A DNA stretch of 64,000 bases from Candidatus Micrarchaeota archaeon (GTDB taxonomy: Archaea; Micrarchaeota; Micrarchaeia; Anstonellales; Bilamarchaeaceae), in the NCBI GenBank assembly GCA_038046765.1, contig JBBSVN010000012.1:36044-100043 (forward strand), given 5' to 3'. Position numbers and translations under genes: made by a program. Position 1 is the stretch's first letter. Every line of letters starts with the position of its first letter. Below the pieces are notes generated by a model. The model saw only the letters and a program-made list of their open reading frames with translations. It was not told where the DNA came from and made no database searches. Below are positions 39,121-49,306 of the stretch, one piece after another.

Positions 39121-40788
39121 TCACCTTTTTTCATTAAGTTCAGCAAGTTCTCCAGTGTCAACGGTTTTCGCAATACTCTGGATTTTAAGCGCTAAAACTA
39201 CTGATACAACTACCAATACCAATATATCAAAAAGCGTAATTGCTTCGGATATAAGCGGGATGTCCACACCAAGCGCAACTGGTAAAAGTACAATTCCGTT
39301 TTCCATTATCAAAAATCCTAACATCTGTAAAAGAATGTGCGTTTTTGTTGAAATAATTAAAAGACCTATTAAAATTATTGAAAGTGCAATTGGTAAAACT
39401 ATTCCTGCAGTCAGGCTTGAACCCACTAAAAATGATACGGAAATAAGTAACACTGAAATTACTAATGCTGTCGTAGTTGTAACTGGCGCATCGATAAATA
39501 ATGGGTCGATATCGATTAAGCTTCTTAATTTCACATTCGTGTGCTTTAGTACATCGGTTATTCCCTCTGGTGTGAGGTTCGTTTTATCAAGTAAATTCTC
39601 TCCTTTTGCCATCTGGTTAAAAATTCGATATATCAAAAGCGGTAAAATTATTACCTTTAAAATTACTGTAATGCCTAGTCTTAAATAGCTGTCAACTGAA
39701 CCTGTTTTAACTGCTATAAGTGCAAAAATTATTCCAAGTGCAACGTTTTGCAATAAATATATCTCTATTCTTCTTTTGAACGTCGCTCCAAAAAGGAAAT
39801 ATAAATTGCTTATTAGCATTACGCAAAGTAATATTGGGACTGTACCGTTTGCGTTTGGGTCTGGATTAATATGTATTAAAAATGCGAATACTGCCAAATT
39901 CAAGGCAAAGACAAGAAGCTCGGCAACTTTAAATAATCTGACCTTGACGCTAAATGATTCAACTATTGCTGTAATTACTCCCAAAACTAGTACTGTTGCT
40001 AAAATTGCGGCTGTTCGGGATATCGGGTCGCTAAATAATGCAAGCGGAAAAAATAAATTTGCAAAAAGCGTGAAAAATAAAAACATTTTTGAAGCTTGCG
40101 CCCATTCTATAAGTCCAAGGCTTGGGCCAGAATTTTCAAGAATCATTGCCTCGTGGACCATTGTTAGTTCTAGGTGTGTAGCTGGGTTATCAAAAGGAAG
40201 TCTGCCCATTTCAGCTAGCATCAATATAAATAATGCGGCAGCTGCTAAATAAAATGTTGGCGAACTAAGAATTCCGAACCAGTTGTTTGGTCCATTTGCA
40301 GTGAATATCATTAAGTTGGTACTTCCTGAAAATAATACTAAAAATAAAATTGCTGCAAAAAGGACTGGTTCAATTAAAACAGAATATAATGATTCCCTGC
40401 TTGAGCCTAATCCTCCAAATGCGCTAGCTGCATCCAGGCCAGATAAGATTACTACAAATCTGCCTATTGCAAAAAGATAAACGAATATTATTATGTCTGC
40501 TACAAATGGCGGAACTGCGGTAAATATTGGTAAAAGTAATGTTGCAGCTACTGTTGAAACAAAAATAAAAATCGGTGTCGCTAAAAAGATCCATGAACTA
40601 ATATCGCTTCTAACTGTTCCTTTACTAAATAATTTTACAAGGTCGAAATATGGTTGTATTATTGAAGATCCGCTCCTACCCTGACAATATGCTTTGACTT
40701 TTCTTATGACTCCAACTAGGAGCGGTGAAAGCGCAAAAACAAATAAAATCTGTACAATCATTCCTAAAACTGAAGATATCATTGTCAT
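39121..40788 (-). CDS. HyfC (NuoH-like)-HyfE fusion membrane subunit
   Basis: QPYFDLVKLF, AEMGRLPFDNPATHLELTMVHEAMILE; C-terminal LKVIILP...QMLGFLIMENGI. Confidence 0.82.
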   Translation of the reverse strand: MTMISSVLGMIVQILFVFALSPLLVGVIRKVKAYCQGRSGSSIIQPYFDLVKLFSKGTVRSDISSWIFLATPIFIFVSTVAATLLLPIFTAVPPFVADIIIFVYLFAIGRFVVILSGLDAASAFGGLGSSRESLYSVLIEPVLFAAILFLVLFSGSTNLMIFTANGPNNWFGILSSPTFYLAAAALFILMLAEMGRLPFDNPATHLELTMVHEAMILENSGPSLGLIEWAQASKMFLFFTLFANLFFPLALFSDPISRTAAILATVLVLGVITAIVESFSVKVRLFKVAELLVFALNLAVFAFLIHINPDPNANGTVPILLCVMLISNLYFLFGATFKRRIEIYLLQNVALGIIFALIAVKTGSVDSYLRLGITVILKVIILPLLIYRIFNQMAKGENLLDKTNLTPEGITDVLKHTNVKLRSLIDIDPLFIDAPVTTTTALVISVLLISVSFLVGSSLTAGIVLPIALSIILIGLLIISTKTHILLQMLGFLIMENGIVLLPVALGVDIPLISEAITLFDILVLVVVSVVLALKIQSIAKTVDTGELAELNEKR

Positions 40789-40793
40789 AAATA

Positions 40794-42773
40794 TCACACC
40801 ATAACTGCGTAAATAAGAATTGCAACCATGACAAATAGCATGTACATCAAGTAATGTAATAATTTTCCTGTCTGGAATATTGAAGACCTGGACGAAATTG
40901 CTCTAAATCCATTTTCTATTGGCTTATAAATAACTGCCTCGAAAAATGCAGGCCCATACGCATTCTTTTCTGTATTAAGCGGATTAAGCCATCTGTTTAA
41001 TGCCCTTTGAATTGGCATTGAAATTCCTATTGGGGTATATTCCATTTTTGATTCTACTTTATGTATTCCGCAATCCCATGTAACCCTAGTAACATCATTT
41101 GCTTTTGTAAATGCTCGAATAATCCAGAGGAATGCAAAAACTGCAATTGTCGCCCCTAATAAAACCAATACGATTCCAAATGAAGGAAGGGTAAATACAA
41201 CTTTTGATGTTGCGCTCATATCGCTAATATTTAACTTTGCAAACATCGGGCTAATTATCGAAAATATTATTGTTGGGAAAACTCCCGCTATAATACACGC
41301 AATTACTAGTATGATCATTCCTATGTGCATTAACGAACCTACTTCTTTAGCGTGTTCAACATGTTCGCTTCTAGGTAATCCTAAAAATACCATTCCAAAT
41401 GCCTTAACAAAAGCTGCTAATGCCAGTGCACTTGTAAATGCGAGGACTAAAACAACTGCACCAAATAAGAATGCAATTAATTTAGGAAGTGCTAATCCTG
41501 ACAAAAGTGCCTGGAACATAGTCCATTCGCTTGCAAAACCATTTAATGGTGGCAAAGCAGAAATTGCTGCTACGCCGACAAAGAACAAAATTGCAACTAC
41601 TGGTAGTTTCTTTATCAACCCACCCATTGCGTTCATGTCTTTAGTGTGTGTTGCGTAAGCAACTGCTCCTGCTCCTGTAAATAAAAGACTTTTGAAAAGC
41701 GCGTGATTTAATGAATGGTAAAGTGCTGCAAATAATGCTAATGCTGCTAATGCGTCCATGTTTAAACTATGAAATAATACTGCAGCTCCAATTCCTAAGA
41801 AGATAATTCCTATGTTTTCTACACTTGAATAAGCGAGAAGTCGTTTTAAATCTTTTTGAATTATCGCATATAATACTCCGAATACGCAGGACACTGCTGC
41901 TAATAATAATAATAAAATTCCCCACCAGAAATGGAATGGAGTTGCACCTAAAAAGTCAAATAATACCCGAATTATTCCGTAAATTGCTACTTTTAACATT
42001 ACTGCGCTCATTAAAGCGGATATATTACTTGGTGCCTGGGGGTGTGCTTCTGGTAACCATGTATGAAATGGCATTAAACCAGCTTTTGATGTAAACGCGA
42101 TTACTGCCAACACAAAAATGATACTTGCTAACATGGGTGTTAAACTAATTGTTCTAAATCCGGCAAAGTCCATGTTTCCTGAAAATCCAGTGAAAACCAG
42201 GAACATTAAAATTAATGCAACTGCACCGATATGCGTTATTAGTAAGTATATAAAACCAGCATCTTTTGTTTTTGCTTCCTTGCTTTCATATGTTACAAGG
42301 AAAAATGAGCTAAGTGCCATTAGTTCCCAAAAAATTAAAAAAAGAAGACCGTTTTGAGAAGTTACAACTGCAATCATAGACAAAATAAAAATATTATAAA
42401 GAAAACCAAATAACGCGTTACTATATCCTTTTTCCTGGTACTCTTTCATGTAATCTATTGAATATATCGAAACTGCTAGTCCAACTAAAGAAATTAATAA
42501 TATGAAAAATCCAGAAAGCGCGTCAATACTAAAAGTTAAATTTCCAATCGGGGCAAAATTTCCCAAGTTTAATGGTGCAATATTTGTGCCCATCATTACC
42601 ATAAGCCCAGCTATTACTCCAATAATGCAACCTAAGATTGCAAATAAAAATGAAAGTTGCCTGCATAAATTTTTCCATTTGGATAAAACAAGCGACACTA
42701 AAGAACCAAATAAAAATAAAACAAAAAGGCCTAATAAACTCTGAGCGGTAAAAAGTTCAATCAAATTAACCAT
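40794..42773 (-). CDS. hyfB: Antiporter-like membrane subunit HyfB
   Basis: FWELM, KAGLMPFHTWLPEAHPQAP, LAYSSVENIG, NHALFKSLLF, PPLNGFASEW, TWDCG. Confidence 0.9.
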   Translation of the reverse strand: MVNLIELFTAQSLLGLFVLFLFGSLVSLVLSKWKNLCRQLSFLFAILGCIIGVIAGLMVMMGTNIAPLNLGNFAPIGNLTFSIDALSGFFILLISLVGLAVSIYSIDYMKEYQEKGYSNALFGFLYNIFILSMIAVVTSQNGLLFLIFWELMALSSFFLVTYESKEAKTKDAGFIYLLITHIGAVALILMFLVFTGFSGNMDFAGFRTISLTPMLASIIFVLAVIAFTSKAGLMPFHTWLPEAHPQAPSNISALMSAVMLKVAIYGIIRVLFDFLGATPFHFWWGILLLLLAAVSCVFGVLYAIIQKDLKRLLAYSSVENIGIIFLGIGAAVLFHSLNMDALAALALFAALYHSLNHALFKSLLFTGAGAVAYATHTKDMNAMGGLIKKLPVVAILFFVGVAAISALPPLNGFASEWTMFQALLSGLALPKLIAFLFGAVVLVLAFTSALALAAFVKAFGMVFLGLPRSEHVEHAKEVGSLMHIGMIILVIACIIAGVFPTIIFSIISPMFAKLNISDMSATSKVVFTLPSFGIVLVLLGATIAVFAFLWIIRAFTKANDVTRVTWDCGIHKVESKMEYTPIGISMPIQRALNRWLNPLNTEKNAYGPAFFEAVIYKPIENGFRAISSRSSIFQTGKLLHYLMYMLFVMVAILIYAVMV

Positions 42774-43141
42774 ATTCTAACCTACAGTTGGATTTTTTTG
42801 AATAATACCTAATACTTAGAAAGGTAAGTTTTTAAATTAAACACTTGGGCGTTTCGAGCTAAAAATTAGATTTTTTATATCTCGTTTATTCTAAAATCAA
42901 TCAAAATCAAGATACGGTATCCAAACTAAATATATTTGGAACTGCTTATAAATACTTCGCTGATAAATCGCCACTAACTACAATTAAAAAGACAATGCAT
43001 CAAAGTTTTATAAAATCGATAAACGAATTGAAAATAAAAATTAAAATTTGTGTATCATCAATTTAACATAGGTTTATAAACACTTTTAGACAGAAATTAT
43101 CATATATCTTTCAAACAAGTAAAATAAAACAAGGCAAGAAA

Positions 43142-44377
43142 ATGTCTGTAGATTTAAGAAGAATTAGTCACAAACTTAAATTAAGCGAAATGGATATAAG
43201 TGCAATCCCAAGTCTGCGTAGATCTACTACCCCGTTATCTATTCCTCAGTCTGCTTTTGAAATATTTCGTGGCTTTAGCCTATTTAATGAAAGGATTAGG
43301 CCAACTAAACTTCTAGGTGTACGTTTTGAACGAGTTGCTGGTCAGGCCTTTGACAAAAAGGATTTGCATTCCAGGGAAGCTATAAGAAGAAATTTATTAA
43401 GCATAAAACAAAAAGGTGCATTTTTAATTTTAGGTCATGGTGGGGAAATTGGTTGTGGTGCAATTAAGGGAAAGCAAAATCCAAATCCATCCCAACCTCA
43501 ATTAGTAAAAGATTTAGTTGAGCATATATCCGAAAGAGTCATAGGATTAGATGATTTGCAGTATGCTGCTTCTATAGAAAATGCTTTATTTCAAGGCATA
43601 AAAATTTTACACGATCCTGAATTTGCAGCAATAATTAAAGAAAAAGATATTACTGTTGTTTATGCTGTTTGCAATGGTGATGCCAACTATTCCTATAATG
43701 CCTTAAATAAAGGGCTTAATGAAAATGCACTTCTATTTAAGCACCCAAAGTTACAGCAATTAAGAGAACAGTTCCAGCATGGGTTAGCTAAAGTTTCAGA
43801 ATTTGGCATAGATCTTAAGAAACAGTATGCTTATGCTGCATTTGGTTATGATCCAGCTGAACTTGCATCTGTAATAGATAAATATAGCACTGAAATCGAA
43901 CTAGGGGGGGTATGCTGTGTTGATTCAAGACTTCCACCACATACTGGTGTTTACTATTTACTTCGAATTGAACCAAATGAAGCCTTTTCAGGAACATTTC
44001 ATCATTCAATTAGGCCTGATGGTGTTTATCAACCAATAATTTCTAAATTAGCGGCTGGGAGTATAGAATTTGGTCTTCAAAATGTTTGTGGAATAAATAG
44101 TCTAAATCCCGATAATCCTGGAAATGGGCATTTAGTTATGCTTGCAACTAGTCTAGCTAATGCAAGAAAAATGAAAGAAACTGTACTTCAATTCTCTGGT
44201 ACTGCTCGCGCAACAAAAGATGGAAAAACAATTTCACTACTTAGTTTTGATGGAAAAGAGTTAGTAATGCAAAATGATTCTCTTGGTTTTGATTTGGTTG
44301 CATCTTATGATTCTCCCGCTCAAATACTTACGCGACCTCCATCTGAATTTGCAGAACTTATGGATCAACGAGCCTAG
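43142..44377 (+). CDS. Beta-carbonic anhydrase-like paralog with rearranged motif order
   Basis: RVAGQ, ILGHGGEIGCGA, later CCVDSR, AAGSIEFGL; QYAYA..YDP matches the paralogs. Confidence 0.65.
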   Translation: MSVDLRRISHKLKLSEMDISAIPSLRRSTTPLSIPQSAFEIFRGFSLFNERIRPTKLLGVRFERVAGQAFDKKDLHSREAIRRNLLSIKQKGAFLILGHGGEIGCGAIKGKQNPNPSQPQLVKDLVEHISERVIGLDDLQYAASIENALFQGIKILHDPEFAAIIKEKDITVVYAVCNGDANYSYNALNKGLNENALLFKHPKLQQLREQFQHGLAKVSEFGIDLKKQYAYAAFGYDPAELASVIDKYSTEIELGGVCCVDSRLPPHTGVYYLLRIEPNEAFSGTFHHSIRPDGVYQPIISKLAAGSIEFGLQNVCGINSLNPDNPGNGHLVMLATSLANARKMKETVLQFSGTARATKDGKTISLLSFDGKELVMQNDSLGFDLVASYDSPAQILTRPPSEFAELMDQRA

Positions 44378-44386
44378 AATAAGTAA

Positions 44387-45574
44387 TTATAATCCAAAAT
44401 TCTTCTTCATAATCTGCGAAACGATTTTTGGTTCTAAGCCTAATCTGATTAAAGTCGTATGTCCTCTTTGACCTTTTGTACTAGGTGTTGTCATAATTAA
44501 ACCTAAGGTTTCTAAATCTTTTAAGTATTCATGATACCATCTAACGCTTCTAGCTCTCTTCTTTAATTTCTTACAAATTAGTTCGTATTCTTCGTAAACT
44601 TCGCCAGACATTAAGAAGTTTTCTTCTCCAACATCAAGCCTAGAATACTTTGTACCATTTAAAATTAAATCTGAAATTGCCAGTAAAAGCATCTGGTGGT
44701 TTTCTGGTAAAGTTGCAAGTGTTTCCTGTGCAATATCTAATTCTACCTTTCGTCTTGCTGATTCAACTTCCTCATCAGTTACTTTTGTTTTATTATTTTG
44801 TTCAGCAGATTCTCCTGCTTTAAGGAGTATTTTTAACGCATATCTAGCATCCCCGCTTTCTTGCGCTGTTATTGCTGCTGCCAGATTTATTGCAGATTGC
44901 TGTACTACATTATCCTTAAATGCTTTTTCAGCGCGCTGTGCTAAAATCTTTTTTAATTGCTCGCTAGTATAAGGAGGAAAAACTATTTCAGTTTCGTTTA
45001 AACTGCTTTTACTTCTTTGGTCTAAACCCTGCTTAAACGTAAGTTTGTTTGAAATTCCGATTAGCGATACGCCTCCTTTACGAAGTTCGTCATTTACCCT
45101 AGTTAATGTGTAAACCATGTCGTCAAGATCTTTTATTATATCAATTTCATCAAGTACAACTATCATTACGATTCCTTTATCGCAAATCTCAATAAGTTTC
45201 TCGTATAAAAAGGTTAATCCAAATCCTGCTTTTTCAAGTTCTGGTACAAACTGCTTTAGGATTTTTTGCATTACCCTATATCTTGAATTATATATTCTGC
45301 AATTGACATAACTAATATACGCGTTATTTCTTGAAGAGCCAAATTTTTCCATCACATGTTTTACTGTTGCTGTTTTTCCGCAACCTGTTTTGCCGTATAT
45401 AAAAATGTTTTTTGATCTTTGGCCTTTAATCGCGGGACTAACTAGGGACATTATTTCCTTTATTTCTTTTCCACGAAACGGCAGTGCTTTTGGTACGAAG
45501 TGTGGTGAAAGTATCGATGCATCCTTAAATACTTTACTCTCTGTTAAAAATTCGTCAAAGGAGTCTTCGGTCAT
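44387..45574 (-). CDS. cdc6: Orc1/Cdc6 replication initiator
   Basis: GKTGCGKT, YVNC, VLDEID, FPPY, GDAR, C-terminal wHTH. Confidence 0.93.
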   Translation of the reverse strand: MTEDSFDEFLTESKVFKDASILSPHFVPKALPFRGKEIKEIMSLVSPAIKGQRSKNIFIYGKTGCGKTATVKHVMEKFGSSRNNAYISYVNCRIYNSRYRVMQKILKQFVPELEKAGFGLTFLYEKLIEICDKGIVMIVVLDEIDIIKDLDDMVYTLTRVNDELRKGGVSLIGISNKLTFKQGLDQRSKSSLNETEIVFPPYTSEQLKKILAQRAEKAFKDNVVQQSAINLAAAITAQESGDARYALKILLKAGESAEQNNKTKVTDEEVESARRKVELDIAQETLATLPENHQMLLLAISDLILNGTKYSRLDVGEENFLMSGEVYEEYELICKKLKKRARSVRWYHEYLKDLETLGLIMTTPSTKGQRGHTTLIRLGLEPKIVSQIMKKNFGL

Positions 45575-45647
45575 ATTTTTCACTGTTATTTTTGTATAAT
45601 CCCTTTAGCTAGTAAGAAATATAAACTACTTTATCAAAGAATTTAAT

Positions 45648-45809
45648 TTAATCAAGCATCTTTTTCTGCTGTTTTGACCATACTTGGTTGGGTGTTCTCT
45701 TAAGCCATGCAACGTATGCATCTATGAATCGTAATCTCTCTTCAAAATTTTTCTTTTGATCATTTCTTAGTTCATTGAGGTCTATATTAATGTTAAGATT
45801 TTTTTTCAT
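45648..45809 (-). CDS. Small 53-aa protein (partner of the upstream nucleotidyltransferase)
   Basis: Below the ORF-track cutoff. MKKNLNINIDLNELRNDQKKNFEERLRFIDAYVAWLKRTPNQVWSKQQKKMLD with GGTGA SD; overlaps the upstream gene end. Confidence 0.7.
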   Translation of the reverse strand: MKKNLNINIDLNELRNDQKKNFEERLRFIDAYVAWLKRTPNQVWSKQQKKMLD

Positions 45810-46416
45810 AATCATCACCTAAATAACTTAACATCTGACTGGGAATTTTTAACACGAATAGTGCTCCTTCAAATATTCTTCTATCAAGTTCCTTATTAAA
45901 AAGTTTATATAAAAATCTGGCATCTTCAATGTCTTTCTGAGCTCCTAAAAATAATTTGTATGCAATCTGAAGTTCAAAGGATGAAAAAAACATTCGATAT
46001 TTGTTATTTAAGTTTATTTGATTTTTTGTTTTAAGTGTTAGCTTGTCAAAATCATTTTTTACAAACTTAAGTTCCATGTTTGGGATAAAGTTATTCTTTT
46101 CATAGAATCTTAATGAAGAATCATTGGATAAATACTCCTTGTAGGCATCCTCCTGATTCTTAGCGTTCATACATTCAAATTTTTGCATTGTCAAACTCCA
46201 GAATTCCTGGAATTTTTTTGAGTCACAACGCTCTATTAAAATGTCAACGTCTTCTGTGTTCCTACTTCTACCAAAAAATATTCCGACATATCCTGATACT
46301 ATTACGTAATCTATGCTTGATTTATCTAACAATTCTATAAACGCTAATACAAAGTTGTCCAAACTAAGAAGCTCTTTTCTAATACTTATGTTACCTTTTA
46401 CGTATTCAATTTCCAT
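45793..46416 (-). CDS. Nucleotidyltransferase-fold protein (AbiEii-like)
   Basis: VSGY..FFGRSRNTEDVDIL, YKL..KDIEDA. Confidence 0.7.
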   Translation of the reverse strand: MEIEYVKGNISIRKELLSLDNFVLAFIELLDKSSIDYVIVSGYVGIFFGRSRNTEDVDILIERCDSKKFQEFWSLTMQKFECMNAKNQEDAYKEYLSNDSSLRFYEKNNFIPNMELKFVKNDFDKLTLKTKNQINLNNKYRMFFSSFELQIAYKLFLGAQKDIEDARFLYKLFNKELDRRIFEGALFVLKIPSQMLSYLGDDYEKKS

Positions 46417-46490
46417 AATCTAATTGTTCCTTCTATGCTTATATTTTATTCGGTTAGCAGGTCAAAATTACAAATCTAAATAATCCGTAA

Positions 46491-47237
46491 TTATACTCTT
46501 TCTCCTGCCAAAAATCCAACTAAAAATCCTATAAACGCGGCAGCCAGTCCAATAACCATCATTTCTAAGCCCGTTTTCCACCACGTTCCTAATGTAGTTT
46601 TACCTTTGTATGCGCCTATTGCAAATAGGCTAATTGCAGATACAAAAAGCGATACATAAGACGCGCTAACAACATTCATAAAGAAAAATGGCGTAAGCGG
46701 AATTAATGAACCGACAAATGCCGAGATACCAACAACAATTCCTTCTTTTGTCGGGTTAATATCTGCGCTTTCGGATAATCCTAATTCTTCGGTCATCATT
46801 GTTTCTAACCAAAGTTTTTCATCGCTTATTATGTGCTTTACAATTCCTTCAAGGTCTTTTCCTTTAAATCCCTTTTTCATATAAATTAGTTTTATTTCCT
46901 CTTTTTCAACATCAGGGAATTCTTTTATTTCTTGTCTTTCGCGCTCTAGTTCTTTATAGTAAAAATCCCTTTGAGCTTTTCCAGAGGTATATGCCACTGC
47001 GGCCATACTTATTGATTCGGCAAAAGTAGCAGCTAATCCACCTACAATTACTGCGCCCGCAGCAATGTTCGTGTTAACAATCGCAGCTGCGGCTAGTCCT
47101 AAAACAATTCCTAAAACATTTACTAAGCCGTCTTGTCCGCCTAGTATTACCTGACGTAGTAAAGAACCCTTGTCATTTTGAGGGTGTTCTTCTTTGTGAA
47201 TAATATTTTTGTATGCCTGTTCTAAGGATTTTGCCAT
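46491..47237 (-). CDS. VIT1/CCC1 iron/manganese transporter family
   Basis: ILGGQDGLV, AESISMA, MMTEELGL, GSLIPLTPF. Confidence 0.9.
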   Translation of the reverse strand: MAKSLEQAYKNIIHKEEHPQNDKGSLLRQVILGGQDGLVNVLGIVLGLAAAAIVNTNIAAGAVIVGGLAATFAESISMAAVAYTSGKAQRDFYYKELERERQEIKEFPDVEKEEIKLIYMKKGFKGKDLEGIVKHIISDEKLWLETMMTEELGLSESADINPTKEGIVVGISAFVGSLIPLTPFFFMNVVSASYVSLFVSAISLFAIGAYKGKTTLGTWWKTGLEMMVIGLAAAFIGFLVGFLAGERV

Positions 47238-47391
47238 AATTAGTTTTTTGCAGTCCTCTTTTTTAAACATCTGGGTTTTTGCAGTCTTACTATAATATTT
47301 AAAAGCATACATGAGATATTATTTGTAAGGTTATTTGGGTGTGTTTCCTAAAATAACTAGTATGATCATAAAAATTTAAGGTGATTTTAAT

Positions 47392-47673
47392 ATGGCAGAT
47401 GATAGTAAAACAATGGCAGCAGTAGCATATGTATTAACCTCGCTTACAGGCATATTGGTATTCTTCATGAAGAAGGATGATGCTTTTGCAAGATTCCACG
47501 CAGTTCAAAGTATTTTGCTTAGTGTCGTTATGATTGTTGTGTCAATGCTTACATTTGGTATTGGCGGTTTGATTCTATACGTATATGGATTATTCTGTGC
47601 ATACAAGGCATACCAAGGAGAAAAGTATATGATTCCAGTAATTGGAAAATATGCTGAACAATACGCTAAATAA
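47392..47673 (+). CDS. Small membrane protein (DUF4870-like)
   Basis: RFHAVQSI, KAYQGEKYMIPVIG; AAGGTGAT SD. Confidence 0.8.
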   Translation: MADDSKTMAAVAYVLTSLTGILVFFMKKDDAFARFHAVQSILLSVVMIVVSMLTFGIGGLILYVYGLFCAYKAYQGEKYMIPVIGKYAEQYAK

Positions 47674-47697
47674 ATTTTAATTTTCTTTTTAATTTTT

Positions 47698-48333
47698 TTA
47701 TTCTTTTATTTTTCTAATTTTTGAATTCTGAAGTATGGGGACATCTAAATTATAAGTTTTGCTAAATGTTTCTAGCCTTCTTATAAATAACTGCTTCAGT
47801 TCCTCTGAAAGTTTTTGTGAATTTAATTCTTCTAAGATATTATTCCAGTTAAGATTTGAATATAAAACCTCCATGTCGGGTAAATCTCTTTGTCTGCCTT
47901 CACTAGCTAGCCCTTTAAAGAGAAAAATATCTTCTTTTGAAAGCAAATAAACAGATAATTTCGAATATGTTTTATATAATTCTGACCTACCTATCATCGA
48001 TTCAGATATTGTGAGTTTTCCAACTACCTGGCGTATAAATAAGTCGAGATGAAACCCATCTTTATTTTCGTACATTTTTACAGTATTGAGTTTTTCATGT
48101 TCGCTTTTTATTGTTCTTGGCTCGTAGTATTGCGCACCAAATAAAGCCCAGCAAAATGCGTCATAATCTGTTTCATCCTTAAATACAATATCGATGTCCT
48201 TAGTAGTTTCTTTTAAATTCCTAAAGGACATTGCACATCCCCCTATAAGGTATATTGAAACCTGTCTTTGAATTCTTGAACCAATATTGTTTAGTTCATG
48301 GTCAATATAAGACGCATCGAATTGTCTATCCAT
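47698..48333 (-). CDS. Nucleotidyltransferase (DUF6036/AbiEii-like putative toxin)
   Basis: LIGGCAM, TKDIDIV, FLFK..GRQRDLPD. Confidence 0.75.
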   Translation of the reverse strand: MDRQFDASYIDHELNNIGSRIQRQVSIYLIGGCAMSFRNLKETTKDIDIVFKDETDYDAFCWALFGAQYYEPRTIKSEHEKLNTVKMYENKDGFHLDLFIRQVVGKLTISESMIGRSELYKTYSKLSVYLLSKEDIFLFKGLASEGRQRDLPDMEVLYSNLNWNNILEELNSQKLSEELKQLFIRRLETFSKTYNLDVPILQNSKIRKIKE

Positions 48334-49306
48334 AGACTATCGCCTCAATTTCTTCCCAGGACGGGAACCCTATAAATGTTTTCGCTCCTTTAGATTCAAT
48401 AAAGTCCATCAGATTCTTCAGACTTTGGTCGGTTATCCCAAACCGATACCTTACTTTTAAGAGTTGTTCATATTGGACTTTGTTTTTTAATATCAAACCG
48501 CATACATATGCTAAGCTCCTAACATCAAGCCATTTTTGAGGAATGTTGCCTACAGATAAAGTTAGTATATGAATTATTACATTCTCTATCTTAGGTTTAA
48601 TGTTCGTATAATAATTATTTTTTGTTCTTATCAAGTTTACACCATATTTAGATAATAAATTGTATGCAGTCAAATAGTAATTTTGGGGATGAATTTCCTC
48701 TTTGGTTACAAGGAGAATTTCCCATTTTGTTGGCCCCTTACATATATTGAAGGAGTTTGTAAAACCCATTTCTTTTTTTGCATATTCTAAATGTATTATA
48801 TATAATAAAGAGGTGCAAAAAAGCGAGAGAGGTTCAATCTCATTACGCAGCTGGTAGATCCCTTTTCTTTTCATAAATACAATTCCCAAACCCCTTAATC
48901 TTTTAATAATTCTTTTTGCACTGGCAGGAGCTAGCTCAGTATCCTTGATTTTAAATTCGACCATATTTCCGTTTTGCTTTAGATTAAAGTAGCTGATTAT
49001 ATATGGCATTTTTCCAATTAGAGAAGAATAGATTACCTCATCAATATTCGAGTTATTTAAAGTAGTGTCCTGAAGCAGCGGATTTCTTATTTTGTTATAT
49101 TCAGAAAAAAAATATTGAGATATTGAAACCTTATTTTCTTTGCCTATTTTTTTTATTGCTATCAAGCCAAAAGAGTATAAATCTCTAATATATTTACTTA
49201 AATTGGTTTTCTTTAGATTTAACTCTAAACCTAGCTCAGATTGACCAAGCTCCTGCTTTTGCATAATTTTTTTAAGTAATTTAACATGTGTTGGTTTTAG
49301 AAACAT
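48326..49306 (-). CDS. wHTH regulator/putative type IV antitoxin
   Basis: N-terminal HTH QSELGLELNLKKTNLSKYIRDL; C-terminal FPSWEE; overlaps the NTase start. Confidence 0.65.
   Translation of the reverse strand: MFLKPTHVKLLKKIMQKQELGQSELGLELNLKKTNLSKYIRDLYSFGLIAIKKIGKENKVSISQYFFSEYNKIRNPLLQDTTLNNSNIDEVIYSSLIGKMPYIISYFNLKQNGNMVEFKIKDTELAPASAKRIIKRLRGLGIVFMKRKGIYQLRNEIEPLSLFCTSLLYIIHLEYAKKEMGFTNSFNICKGPTKWEILLVTKEEIHPQNYYLTAYNLLSKYGVNLIRTKNNYYTNIKPKIENVIIHILTLSVGNIPQKWLDVRSLAYVCGLILKNKVQYEQLLKVRYRFGITDQSLKNLMDFIESKGAKTFIGFPSWEEIEAIVYG

Noticed and set aside
42780..45650. Replication origin next to cdc6
   Set aside because: No repeated ORB or mini-ORB motifs recognised; the flanks are short or look like ordinary divergent promoters
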